Numbered from the stretch's first letter, positions 29,601 to 44,900 are shown. The stretch: DNA of 64,000 bases from Trichoplax adhaerens (GCF_000150275.1 NW_002060946.1:7049855-7113854), one strand, 5' to 3'. Notes: generated from the sequence alone by a model not told the origin. Made by a program: numbers and translations.

Positions 29601-29920
29601 AGATTAAACTGAAATTAAGAAGCTAAGGTGTTAAAGCGTTTAATATTTTTAAAATATGTGATTAGGTTAAGACCAATTATATCCATAATATCATATCCCC
29701 TGAGCTATTCTTTTTAAAAAAACTTGGTACAAGATAAATTAGTTCCATTATTAAATCTAAAAATTTGTAGTATAGCAGGAGCTTAAAACAAATCTTAATA
29801 CAGAACGGAAGCTTACTTGAGCAAGCAACTAATATTCAGTTTGTTGGTTTACGAGTAGTTCAGTGATTTAAGAGATGCGCATTAGGAAAATAATGCCATT
29901 ACAGCTGGCGGATTTCTAAA

Positions 29921-32900
29921 TTATAGTATCTCCACAGTGGTATTGCGTTTACTCTAAGATCAAAACAAAATCAAATTCTAGTTCATTACCAAAAAAGGAA
30001 AGTAGATTACTTTTTTAATAACTAAAATTCAACGATAGAATTCGATAATATGATTACAAATTTACTAATCGTTATTAATTACCGGATAAATTCTGGTCAT
30101 TTGGATACCATCATCTATTGACAGAAGATAATCAAGATGAAAAGCAGCAATTTGCATATAATAGATCTTATTTAAGATGAAACGATTCTAGACTATCACT
30201 ATTGGTAGTTAATATACTAAATATCAAGGAATGATATATTTCGAATACATGAATTACTTTGCTTCTTAGTACTTATTACTGTTATCCTATTCGAAACTCA
30301 TTCTTAGTATTTAATGCTTTGTTCCCTATTGATTTTAATTTGGGATTACACAATATACCGAAGCATAAAAACTGAAATCTTGTAAAAATTTTGCATATAA
30401 TTCAGAAAAGTAACGTCAGTTAGAATGATTACCGCAGGTAGCATCATTATCTTTTCTTGGGAATCATTTACAATTTTGACATTATGATCACTATCTAGTA
30501 TCTGCATTCTATCTTAAATTTTTTAATTACGGTAATAATCAAGAGCACGAATTAATTTAGAATAATAAAGCCATCAAAATAAGCGTATGAACCTTCATAA
30601 ATTAAATTGCGGTTTGAATCTAGATCCTCTGTTACATCGAATTCTCTCACATTAGATGTTATCTTCACCTATAATTATTATGTAAAAATTGTTCATATAT
30701 TATGAGGCATTACCTTAGCGATATTATATCGACAAATTATATGAATTAATGTTAGAAATACTGATATTGTTGCTATGAGAACAGTTATATTAACTGACTT
30801 TATGATACTGTGACAAATTAAAATTAATAAAAATATTTAAGGAAAATTATACCTTCGGATGATTGCGGTTCGATGTACTAAGAGCAATGCTTTGAGAGCC
30901 ACTAGATGAATGAAGGCCTACTCTACGCATAAGATAGAGTCTCACCTAATTTGATGGAAATGATCGTCGTATAACGTTTTTGAATTTAGTTAGATACAAT
31001 AATCAAACTTAAATGGTAATGTTAATATGGCGAATTTTTTTATAAGGAATAGGTATATCTAATGCTATAACCATGATACATACTTCAGAGTTATATAAGC
31101 AGTGGAATGAAAAAAAGAAGCAACCCTGTACAACGATGAAGGAATCATTAGTTACTAGTTACGATACTTATTTGATGAAAATGTATATCAAAGTCAAAGT
31201 TAAATTATGTTCTCTAAATCAAGATGATAGTTAGTAAGCTATAAGAATTGAGAAAGGTGAAAATTATCATTATAATAAACCTGTAAACCATTTAATATTA
31301 CAAAGATATAAGTGAATGCAACGGTATGACTGTCCATTGAGAAAATACCAAATATCCAAGTTAAGCCGAGGATAGGTAATAAAATAATAGTAGCCTTCAC
31401 GATGGATCTAATAATAAATTTATTTTTTCGGAAGAGAGCGGTTAAAATTACATAAAAAGTAAATTGAATCAATTTAAAATACAGTATAGGCATAGTAAGT
31501 ACAGTTATCCACTACATCAGTATCAAAAGTTTTTGATCTACATAAATTGATTTTACTGTACTTGATTTTTTTTACGCTATAAAATTGTCGACTAGCAGGA
31601 TAGACTCCGGATTTGTTGGCGGTAACTCGGATCACGAGAATCATTACCAGAAAATTTACCTGAGGGTTAGAATAATTCAGTAAAATTAAAATTTGTATTT
31701 CGTCTTTAAGACAGGAAGCAGATAAGCGTCCCGGCTAATATCAATGTGATATATACCAATCACGAGATTCAAATTTTAGAAAAATAAGGGCTTTATTGAA
31801 TCTTATACAAAGATTAAGTACACACAGCTCTACTTTAGCCGAATACTACTACTAAAGACTTCTACAACGAACTAACAGAATAATCTAAAGTTGCATGCTT
31901 TTATACTTTTTGTAGCATTCGCAGCCACAATCCGTATGGTAACCTTTTACCTTATTTGACACATATTTAAATTATTCTTAGTAAGACTATTCTACTGCGG
32001 ACCATCATTAATCCAGTATGGATACGACTACAGTACTTACGTAGACATTATTCACATCAGCCAAAGTACAATGAATTAACCATATCCTAATATATGATTT
32101 ACAGTTCTATTTTTACCTATAGCCTTATTCGTAACTCAACACCTTACTGTATATAGTCATCTGTACTCTAGCATAGAGTCTCTACCACTACAGTCTATAC
32201 AGTCTATAGTTATGGCTACCAAATATCTCTTAGGATAAATATCTACCGTACATTATACTAAACATGGCTAATAGTCTACTATCACAATACTAGTTACATT
32301 ACAATCAGGTAATATAATTTGGTCCATATTGAATAACAGAAGCTCTACTGGATTAAATTTATTTTCATATCCCTCAAGATGAACTAGTAAAACCTATCCA
32401 TGCATCGGAATAAGCAATCGCAGACTTGAACTAATAATTAATCTACCGTTTAACAAATTTTTCTCTTGGCAATATGATCTAATTCTCTGATTTATTAAGT
32501 TGAATTTAAGCAAGATTGATAAGTTGAAACAATACCCAGTTTATTTATTTTCATAGAATACTTAATATATCTGTATAAGCATAACTAAAAGAAAATTTGG
32601 GAAATTATTTCAAAATAGGATAGATTGAGGATATCATGAATAACAGCGATAAAATTGATTACCGTAACTAAGCATTATGCTCATGTAAAATAAATTAACT
32701 TACCAAGATGACAAATAAAGCTGGTCCTGTAAATGCCCAAATGAATCCACTGCTAACTGATAGCCAACACCTTGATTAAAGAACATGATCATTTATTGAT
32801 TTGAAGGGAATGGTTATGATTATTTACTACATTGTCGCAAAATTAAAGCGAATGCACTCTAATTATATACTAACGACTACTACACTTAAAGTAGCAGTTT

Positions 32901-35900
32901 AAAGAAATCAATTAATTTAGCTACGAGTCGCAACTTTCGAAGAATGAAATTACTAGTAGCCCACTTGTAAAGTAACTTAGTATTGTGATAGTAGACTATT
33001 AGCCATATTTACTATGATGTTAGGTTATATCTTTCCTATATTTATTTTATGATATATTTAGTAGCCTATGATTATAGACTGTAGGGATAGACTCTATGCT
33101 AGAATACAGATGAATATATATAGTAAGGTGTTAAGCTACTAATAAGGTTAGGGGTAGAAATAGAATCGTAAATCATATATTAGGATATGCTTCCTTCATT
33201 ATACTTTGAGTGGTAGGAATAATTTCTATGAAAATACTGTAATCATTTCTATACTGGATTAATGATGGTTCGCTGTAAAATATTGTGGCTAACAATAAGC
33301 TGAATATGTTTAAAATATGGCAGAATGCTGCTATACTGATTGTAGCTGCGAAGGCTACGGAGGGTATAAAAAGCAGGAGACACTAGATTATCTAGTTGTT
33401 CTATCTAGAATCTTTCATTAGATTATCTAGTTGTTCTATCTAGAAATCTTTCTGCAGTTGTATTCGGTTAGAGTAAAGCTGTGTGCAGCTTGTCTTTGTA
33501 TTAGATCTAATAAAGTTTTAATTTTCTACAACTTTGAAATTTTCGTGATCGGATTATATTACACTACTACTTAAGCTCATTCCACGAAGCATATCACAAT
33601 CCTGTTCTAAGTTGAGTATGAGCTGCGAGAAAGAACTAACTTGCATCCCCAAACTATTTTCTTGTATATACATTCATAGCATGCAGAGTCATCGTATAGC
33701 TTTAAAAGTAGCAGATCGGACTGTTACTACATCTGGAACGATTGCTAATAATATCTTCGATCCAACATATTAGCTACCTTAAATGCTGCCAAATGCTTTA
33801 AATAAACATTCAAACTACTCTTATTCTAATTAATTGTTAGGACAACGCTTATATTATTTTAGAGTATTACGCAAGGATTTCTTATAACAAATTAATGATT
33901 GCAAAATAAAAAATAGGTTATAATTAAACGGTAGCTATCGTACTTTACTTTATTGAAAAGCCATACAGCATGACAACGTCTATAATATTTGAAAATATTT
34001 CTAATATCTGTCGGATTAAATGATTTAAAGTACGATCAAGTTAGCGGAAACTATTAGCGGGTAAATCGATCGTATAACTGTAGCATTATTTACATCACAC
34101 TATGATTCTTTGAATTATTGTAGGCTAGAAATCAAATTTAACTCGTGCGAATTTGATCTTATCCAACATTACCTATAATTCATATTATACATAATTTTAC
34201 TAATGATGTACGATTAGCAAAGCTGACTTACAATTTATTTAGGCCATATTTGTCAAATCCTATACCAACTGTTATACTAACGGTTATAATTGGAAAACCT
34301 ACAGTATGTAGCATTAATATCAAACTTCAATATAAAGTGACTTAAGGCTAGAATCTTTATAAAAAACATTCAGTGATAAAGCAAGAATAATGAATATATC
34401 TGAAGATTGATTTACCCCATCCCATGATATAATATAATTTTCGCTTGGAGTTTGTATTGAAAACCGTTATAACTTTCAAGTAAAGGTGAATACCTTCAGT
34501 AAGCATCCATGAGAACATCGACAACAAAAACATATGCAGCGCTATAGCTAAGATTTTGCAGAATATCTAAAAGAAAGCCAAATACCTAGCTTAGTTTTAT
34601 ACTAAGTGTAATAAACATTAATGAAAGAAGCGGCTATAATTTTACTTAGAAATTCATGTATCTAAAAAATTTTAATTTCTTAACTGGCTATTATTCCAAA
34701 AATTATTTAGGGATCATTCAGGAAAGTAGGCAGTATTAAAAATGAAATTTCCAAGCTATTAGCTGAAGTAGATATATATATTGTTACATCATTACACTTA
34801 CATCATTGTTTTTAATAATGCTAGCACCGGTCAAAACAATTGCAATTTGAGATAGCAACATCGCCAGAGCCAGGTTAATATGAATTTCATGATGATCAGA
34901 CATGGTACTAACAGATTGATTTATGAAATCAGGTAAATTACGTTAAGAATCCGCAATATTAAACATTTTTTAGTAACTTCTATCAATTTTAACAGAAAAG
35001 TTAAACAAATGGCTGATTACAACCTAGGTAAAAAGTAAATTTTTAAGACTCTACTAGAAATTATTACTAGTGAGTGTATAACGTAACACTATTAACATAA
35101 CATATATATGAATCAAGCCTAGTCTGCTTTATTAAATAATTCTAATTCGTGTTCTTTATTAATGAATATGATATCCTGGTATATGAAAGTATTGTAATCT
35201 AAGAACATCCTTCAAAGCATTTTTTAAATCTATGTATGAATACAATTTTATTTTACGGCTAATACAATCATAATATCATAATGTCTTAATATAGTGGTGC
35301 TACTGCATTCAATCATGTATTTATCTTAAATCAAAATAACTGTATTACAATTTTTCTCAATAAATTTGTATTTTGTTATTCTATTTTTGCCTACCGAACC
35401 ATAGATAGGATAATGATAGACAAAAACAATGCGATAATTGAAGTACCAGAGCAGATATATGTTAGTATATCCAAATTAACTAAATGTTCTTGAGAAATCT
35501 TACAGAATAAAGAAAATAGAATAGATCAATAGCTTAGAGAAATGTACAGTAATTGATATCATAATGGTAATGTGGCAAAGAAACATAATGTAAAGCTCGC
35601 TGAAAATAGTCCTGACTATATGATAGCATAGAGTAACATAAATTCAAGTTTCATTGCCAAGATGAAAAAATTGAGATTTAATTTATATTATATCTGAAAC
35701 TTGAATTAGAATTAAAGTAGTATGATTTTTCTACGGCCTACACTTCAAATCGACTTATTAAAAGTAAATTTACTATAGATAACATAAAATGATGTTTATA
35801 AATCTCTATAAAGCCTCTGTTGTTAATTAATTCCTTTCTTAGATAATCGACCTAATATATTTTATTCCAATCTTCTACTGTTGTAAACTACTAACCTCAG

Positions 35901-38900
35901 CTTTTGTAATGCGCATTAATATTGCAAAGTGCGTTAAATGATTACATTGACAATGTGTATGTGTTTGGTTCCAATAGACAACGCTACAACCACGATCTGA
36001 CCAATTTCCAGAGCTAGGATTTGAATACGTAATATTGCAAATATACCAGTAAGAAATTTATCAAGAAATGCTTGCTTGATTACCTCGCATATTACTGTAT
36101 CTGATTTCGATTTACCTCTCGGAATTGGCAGCAAATTCCCAAAATACGCATGTTGGTTGATAAGCTGAAGTAAAATTGGCCTAATTCAAAGTATATTTTA
36201 ATAGTGGTCTAAGCACATATAACTGAACGTTAAAAGATATTAACATCCGATTACAATTACAATTTCTACTCTTTTTTCATACTACCTTATTAAGAAATAA
36301 GGTGAATGTAAAAGGATTGGAATCATTTAGCATCGGTTTCGGTGTTACGGTGCAACCCAAAATTGCGGAATTTAGATAAGAATCGGATAGTTGATTGGAG
36401 CTAAATAAACAGATTAATTTAATAGTGGTGTAAGAAAATGCAATATGGAATAGGAAATTGATATATTATATTTCGTACAGATCAAAAAGCAATACTAATT
36501 GTAGAAATTATGTTTACATTATAGTACAAACCCTTCTATATCTGCATTTGCTATTTGCTTGTTCATGATATATTGTAGGGATTTATATACGCTAACGGAG
36601 ACGGCTACATTATCTAATCCATGATGCAATTAAGGATTTAGAAATGAAAATAATTTGGTTGAATTTAGTCACCTAATGCTCTAATATGGAAGTGTATTAT
36701 AGGCAATTTAATTAACTGCGTCATTTATTGGCTCTTGTCACGATACAAACCACCTCGAAGAGTAAACGACTAAATTTAGTGGTTAATATTTATATATGGA
36801 GATAACTAATAATGGCTTACAGTAAGAACTACGGTAGTTAGTATTTTGTTAAAGTAAATTATGCTGTATTGTAGTAAGAGTTCTCATAAGATAACTAATG
36901 TTAATTAATTGTAGCGTTATATGTCTTGTAACGCTTGTGATGAATATCCTGAAGATATTCAATTATAGAGGATACTATGAATAATTCTGTGTATGGACAT
37001 ACTGTAACCTAATTATCTAGAATCGTTCAATACATATCTAAGATTGTGAATAGTTTCTGTATTAATTTAGCTATCCAATATGAACTAAATTTCATGAACT
37101 GTTAGGACTCATACATGATAGCAGCTACCGAAGGGTATTTAAGCTTGGCAGATAGTTGAATTAACCAGAGTTCTATAGTTGTTTAGCGTAAAAGCAAAGG
37201 TGTCTAAATACTTGTGGGATAGTTAAGGAATACTGAATCACGGAGACTACAATAATTTAGAGATCTATTTTACGTTAACTTTGTCATGAAGCTGGTTTGT
37301 GACAGCTCTAAATAATTCACGAACTAAGCAATATTGACTAGATGGAATTATCAGCTGCTTAATGAAAGGTTTACAAAATTAATACAAACGATTTACAAAT
37401 AAAGTGACTAATTAATCGTGATAACGAAGGCTGGCAAGCGATAGAAGCCATTATATGTGATTCAACCGTGTAAAATTAAAATGAACTCTATTACTGTACA
37501 TGGATAAGAGTGTATTTAAAATTGCAGCTTCTACATAAAATAAGATTTACTTATTCAAGTTTTATTTGATGAATGTAATCAAACTAGCATTCATGGAAGT
37601 AATAGAATTACTAGCTACTAAATTGTAATTTTACATATTGAGATCTTAAAAATTGAATTTTAAAAATTGTTGCGTAACTGGTAAAATAAATGTATGATAA
37701 AGATATTCCTCCTATCACATTATTATAGTCTGCAAAACTTCCTATTATTACTTTCAAATTCTTGGAGAATATTGTATTAAGAAAGACTGATTTAATACGG
37801 AAGCTTTACATTAAATAGTTACTCATTACCTGTTTCTGTGGCAAGATCAGATGGTGGTAATTTCAAGGAATATTTTATCATTGAATTAGGACCTGCGATT
37901 TCTGTCGCCTGCATAAAAAATCCGTGATTGATATATATGGATGATGATTCTTTGACAATATCCACATCTGTAGTCCAAAGAAGGGGAATCAAACAATTGC
38001 TACACCAGCAGACGATACGTACGCGTGTACTCATGATTCAAAATTTTTGAAATAAATTATGATTGATGCTCTGTAATATATTCTCTAAAACTATCAGTAG
38101 TATAACTAGTCGTATCAAAATTATGCGGTATTAATATTTTTATTCCACCATGAAATAGATTACTTTCCGATACTGAAAATTAAATGTCTTAATAAAACCA
38201 CTGAAGAGCCGTCGGCTTACCTAGGTTAGGAGATTTGAATATAAACGACTGATTAACGGCTAAAACATGGCTAACAACTTTTGCGACTTGGTCCGTTGCG
38301 TTCAAAACATCTGCGGATATTGCAACTTTCTAAATTGAATATATTTGTATAATAGGACATTTATATTATTAATTTGATACTACTGAATAGTAGGGGAAAA
38401 GGCTATTACAAAAAGTTCAAGCGGGTGTAACCTAGGTCTTACAGCTATAATTCCAGAAGAAATTACACAATCAATTAGTTACAGCATTACTATCGGTAAT
38501 TGTTTGCAATCTCATCTTATGATTCAAAATACCTAAATATAACTAAACGACTCAGTATTGCTGTAATTCCAAGCGAATATTTAAGCTAAGAATTATTATA
38601 GACCTAGTATTCATATCATCGATTAATTACTTTTTCTAACGAAGATGTATCAAAATCTTCAGATAAAATTAATGACTATTGTGACAGTAATAAAATTTCC
38701 TATTAACTTTAATGAAACCTAGCGTGTATAAATTGACTTTACAAATGGTATTATTTTACTACAGCAAATATAAGGCTCCATTGCGTCGTAAGCATTTAGA
38801 AAACTGAAAAATTTTAGCCTAGGTGTTGGACTAAATTAATGTTTAATAATATTATGTATTAAAGTCAACTGTTACTTCAGCATAGTAATCTAATAATTAG

Positions 38901-41900
38901 AATAATGTCTAATCAAAACGAAAATGATTTCTTCTAATATAGCTACGATCAAGTGTCTTAAAATCAGAAATGATCAAAATTTGATAATTTATAATGCTCG
39001 CTTTATTACACAAACTACTTCTCCAACCGAGAACAAGACTAATTATTTCTAAGAGATAAGATCTCCCACTTACATGTACATTCAACTATATTTGGATTTA
39101 TAATTTCTGATAAATCTAACATCAAATCACTCACATAATCCCTGGTATCTAGCTAACTTAATAAGACATTCTTAACCAATGCTACAATATTTACTTTAGC
39201 TATTTATCACGGATACGAGCTTAAAATAATCTTAAGATTCTAGTTATTCTACAATCTCGCACATACAGTGTCAATCTTACAATTTTACGTATCACTTCGA
39301 GACTTTTTACAATCTATTGAGCTATTTCTGAGGCTGCACTGCAACAGTAGATGCTTACTTAATCGATAGTAGGATCATCGTGATAAAAAGATAGCCTTAC
39401 CTTAATAGTTTCACGCCATGCATTCAGGTCATGCTTTGAAGTTAGAATGCTAAGAGTGCTAAAATAAACCTAAATAAGTGATAAAATGAATTCATTTATT
39501 AAAATAGATCTTCAACAACAGAAAATTAATATGTTAATAACGGTATATCCATGCATGTGCGCTCGTGTTTCATCGTTCTATTTAATGTGTGATAGCTTAT
39601 TAATCTTTCTAAATAACTGGAAGGACTCAGAATCTTATTTGCTGTGCCAATAATACAAATTAGCATTCCGAAAGATTTATACTTGTCTACGTATGAACAG
39701 CATCGTAGCCTATTATCTTTATAGGTATTTATCGAATCTAATTCATTAAATTGAATGAAATATTTCAATAAAAGATTAAACAATTAATCTACCCTGTCTT
39801 ACCAACAGTAAAGAATTCACCTTTTAAAAGCTATAATAATGTTTGAATGTACTCCTACACCACTATTATACTTAATCTACCGCATTGGCAAATTGCTAGT
39901 CCAGTTCATTTGTAACATTTGCAAAACATTAGGACAATCATCGATCGCACACTGAGATGGACAACAATGGTGTTAGAAATTAAGTAACTAATTCATTAAT
40001 TAATAGATAATAAGCTAGTCTATAAAAAAATTTGCCAATTAATAAATTAAGCTGTTATAAGGCAAGAAGAATTTAGGTAAATAATTTACATAGGAAATAA
40101 TCTGCTGCACCATAGAAAAAATATTTACGAAGTTCGAAGTAAAATTAGAGCATAAAGATAAAGATTGATTGACTAAATTTTATGACTTAGAACTAGATTC
40201 GCGTACTATATTGTTACTCTATTTTAACAAGCTTATACGAGCCTTTATTTTCATAAAATGCAGTTAAGTAGACATTTATCTTTGACTCAGTCAATCTAAT
40301 TTCATTGTTATTAATAGAAATAGAACAGAGCAAGCTATAGTTAGCCCTAATACAGATAAAAAGCTAATTTTCCGATATGACCATAATTGTCAATGATACG
40401 CTGAGATCCGACTTTAGCACACTCCTATCGTTATAGACTACTACGGTATATTCAATTAAATTTTAGAGCTAATAAATGTCGCATGAGCATACTTTGTAAC
40501 CATACTAGCATATACTCTAGCATTTCCCGTCAATAGTGCATGCATTTTTAACTTCATGGAAAGGCTACTCAATTTTTGCCAGTTATATACCAAGTAAAAA
40601 CTGTAAATTGGAAACTGACCGATTCAGATGGTGTTTTTGCATCTTATCAGTAAGTATTTTCTAACTATCCACATCAATAAATAATTTAAAACTACAAATT
40701 ATTTAAAAAAGTAATTCAAGATCACTATTGGATCAAATTTCGATTGCAAGTTGTTATTCTTTTACAGTAAAAATCTCTACAGATAAAATATTATAAGTGA
40801 AATCTCTTGATAGATTTTATTGAAACAATACAAATGGATAACTGATAAGTTAAAATACCTTGGCATAATCTGTTTGATTTACTGAGTCGTTTAGGTTGAC
40901 TGGATGATTCAGCTTTAACAATGCTTCCCGTGCAATGATTAGATCATCTACATTAATAGTACTATTTGTTTTAAGAGCTTTTTGAAGATCAGTCAGTATA
41001 GTAATGCATTGCTTCCTTGTAAAGCTTGTCTGATTCTTGGAAATCTAATTGAAATAGAATTTATCAAGGAGAGATGCCTATAAGAAATCTAAAAGGCAAT
41101 AGGAGCGATATTGTACTCAACCTGATTGTAAACATATAAAAATTCTGCGGAAATATTGCTTGTATAGGCAGCGACGGTTGTAGGCATATAGATCGCTCTA
41201 GTGAATAATTGATAGTTATAACACAATTACTGTGCTACCAAGAAATTAAGAAAACGATTATAGCTTCCTTTCAAATATCAAAAGTTAATACATCATTCTA
41301 GAACTCTCTGAAAAGAAGAAATATGGAAATCGATACAATATCGTACATTTGTGGGGATACATACTCAGTACTGGTAATGTTTGCTTGTGTAGGGACTGAT
41401 GTTGTCAGTATGTTCACTGATGAGATTGGAACCGTAGGGCTACTTGAGGTATTTTGGCTTTGCAATAATTTACTGTTTATCGAAGACATGGAGTAGATAC
41501 TTTTCTGCTTGATTGTAGATTCAGATATAAGCAATAAATTCGTAGAAGCAGCTTGCGATGTTCTGGCATAACTTAAATTTGTCGCACTAATGCTATCATT
41601 TGGATGGGTTGTAGCAGAGTATGTAGTTAATACGGCAACTTCTAAACTACTAACTTGGAAATGTGCAGTAGGTGTCAAAAACTCCGGTGCTCCATTTCTT
41701 TGACTGCTTTCAACAGGGAGTAAAATATCTCTGCTTCTATCGCTTGCAGAAGTAGGTGAAATGACTACAGTGGCATTAATATTAGCGTTAGTAGACTGTA
41801 TAGAATCGAACATACTAATTTCACTATAGCCCGATGTCTCAACTACTACCCCATTGATGCCTAAAGAAGAATTTGATGAGCTTTTAATAGATATTGATGC

Positions 41901-44900
41901 CGTCCAACCTGTAACTACCTCCGAAGCCGATGTTTTTACACGTAATTCTAATGTACTTGCAACCTCATCAGAAATTGATATAGAGGTTATCGTAGTATTC
42001 GTTGTTGAACTAGAAATGGATACACTCATTCCATAAGTGCAATAAATCGACTCCGACCATGGTGATGCTTGAGTAATAAAGCTTGATAATGGAACGCTAT
42101 TCAAAGGCGTTATGTAACCATCCATGCTTTCTTTGGTGAATAGGCTAGTTTCGAGCAATGATTGCATAACATTGGTTGGGGATAAGATTACGTTTGAAAC
42201 CGTAAGAGAATTGCCAAGTATTTCCTCCGAAGATAGAATGGCATTAAAAAATGTCGTTGCACTCATCTTATGAGAAAAAGCTGAATCAATAATAATAGCA
42301 GATCCATATAAAGATGACTGAGTTAAATTCGGGGATGAGATGGAATAGTCGTATGTTAAGGAATCGTAGAGGGTTTCTTCACTTGATAAAGCGGTATCAA
42401 ACCGTGTCGTTGTACTCGAATCATGTATTAACTCACTATCTGATGTTAATGTATAGATTTCCGTTAGTGCTGGAGTAGGACTATCTGATATTGATGGATA
42501 TATTTCCGTTAGTATTGGAATAGAACTATCTGATGTTAATGTATAGATTTCCGTTAGTGCTGGAGTGGGACTATCTGATATTGATGGATATATTTCCGTC
42601 AGTGTTGGGGTAGAACTATCTGATGTTAATGTATAGATTTCCCTTAGTATTGGGGTAGGACTATCTGATGTTAATGTATAGGTTTCCGTTAGTGTTGGTG
42701 TAGGAAGCTGCGTATTACTGGTGCCTGAAATATGATTTTAGTCCTAATTAGATGTTGCAAACATATGTAAGTTACTTTGCAGAATCAATTTTTGATTAAC
42801 GTGCAATCGTCTAGAGTTGAAAAAGGGCAACATTAAACTAGTAAATATGAAAGAACTTATGTCGCTACATGATAAGAATAATATAATTCATGCTTATCAA
42901 GAATAGAATTATACCGAAATAGCTCAGTTTCGAAATATAACATCTCTAAAATATCGTAATCAAGAATAGTAATCTAGCGATATTAAATGGTTAAAAGGGT
43001 TTAAGCATTTCCAAAATAGTTAGTATAAAAGGCTTAATAATTAATTAGTCAATCGTAATATCTTACTTGTAGGATGTGTTATTATTGAACTTGATAATGA
43101 TGAAATTATGATATAGGTTGGATCTAAAAGAACAGGATAATTTAAGTAAACGTAGAATCTTAAATCGATACGAAACAAGTATAACCAAAACCCTCAATGA
43201 GAAAGTCTAAGTACGGTAAATATTTAGGGTTCAGAATGATGAAATTTTGTAATGCAGCCTATTAGGATGGTTTAAAGGTATTTTAATTTCCCTTAATCCG
43301 TCATTTGTAATTTTTTAGGTATGAAATGACTAGCAGGTAGATTTTTTTAGGTGATTTTTATATGTTTAGAATCTACAATTTGCAGGCATTTTGGCGATAC
43401 GTATACTATTGCAGAGTGGTGCTCAACTTAAAAGCTACTTTGTCACCATCAATCGATACATATAGAATGGAAGCTATGGGTTTAATATCGAGTATTAAGA
43501 TCCTGGTAGTAATATTTAGATGCTATGTAATAAACTCTAGCTCGTATTCGTATTTAATTACAGTTATCAATAAAAACCTACGTATAGCAATAAATCTATT
43601 TGGCCATTTGTTTCTTTTTATAAATAAGATATTATCATCCAAACTCTATACATTGCTATAAGAACCGGCTCCTACGTAGTTGTAAACATCATACGTTAGG
43701 CAGTACCATCCATTGATAAATAGATTGCATGGGTTTTGATAGCGAGTATAAGATTCCGGCAGTAATATTGTCACGGTGTTACTTTACCGTTAGGATAGTT
43801 TAATAAGTACAGTACTAGCTTATATGGAAAATTTTCATATTTGCAGTGCTAGGTAAGATAGGTGATGCCTTAACGTAGGTATTATTTGTGATAATTTATT
43901 ACATATTTTATATTGATTGTTATTATGTGCAGATAGTAGTAAGATGATTCAAGTTCTAGCTATTGATAGTTGAATTGGACAACATACTTGCTTAGATTAA
44001 GATTAAGTATGAAAAAGAGAATAAAAATATTTACTGATAGGAAGCTATGTAAGGAACATCTCAGCTCGAGATGTCTCTCTTATTAAGGTACAATAATGAT
44101 ACTATTGCTATTTACAGATTAAACGGTTCCTATATAAACGGGAAAATTTGAGTTGAGTGGTATGGTGAAAAGTTGTAGATGTGTCTATGCTAATAAAAGT
44201 TCTATCTTTACGGTACTTCGCTGCGTATGTTTAACGTTTAGTAGAAGGGCCTTACGTCAGCAGTTGCTTATCGACGTTTAACATACGCTTCCTTGTCGCT
44301 GAGTTTAAATTGTTGACAACTATTTAGCTATACAGTGAACTGTAAATTGCAATTATTTTTTATTGCAATTATCAATAGTAGGCCATTTGCGACCACTAGA
44401 TAATTCTGTTATCAGTCCTCCGACAATAGGTGTTTCCAATATATATTCGTCTACGCGTATTCCATTAACGCTTTAATTAAGATATTATGTACATTCTTTA
44501 AATGGATAATTTAATACTCTACAGTTATACAGACCGTTAAAATCGATTATGATTTCAATTTTGGGGTATTTTTAATAGCAACTTACATAGTTCGCATATT
44601 GTGCGTACTTTAGAGGTACAAGAGTGAGTTTTCCATTTCCAGTTGCCACTAACATATCCTATAATGACGCATCGATATCCGGCAACGTTCGGTTCGTTTG
44701 TTTCCCAATTTGTATAAGTTCCCGTAGTCTTATTCAAGTTCAGCCATACAAAGTCATTTGGGCCATTTAAGTTATGAGTGTCATATAAATTCAGCCAGTA
44801 AAGCTTATTATTCTGCACGCCAGAGGTAGCAGCAGCTAATCGTTCCGAAGAGTTTGGGGCAACTACCTTTCCGCCCAAGCCTGCACAAAAAATCTCGGCA

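Noticed and set aside
24506-33563. Possible full-length LTR retrotransposon between family 1 copies
   Set aside because: Each copy has its own TSD, orientations and subfamilies differ, and the intervening DNA is host gene with no pol.
35934-36134. 66-aa ORF MLPIPRGK..
   Set aside because: Wrong-frame reading across two real exons (36116-36180, 35896-36013) and their intron.
42435-42704. Regular repeats resembling a CRISPR array
   Set aside because: No unique spacers or cas genes; in-frame coding repeat in a eukaryotic exon.
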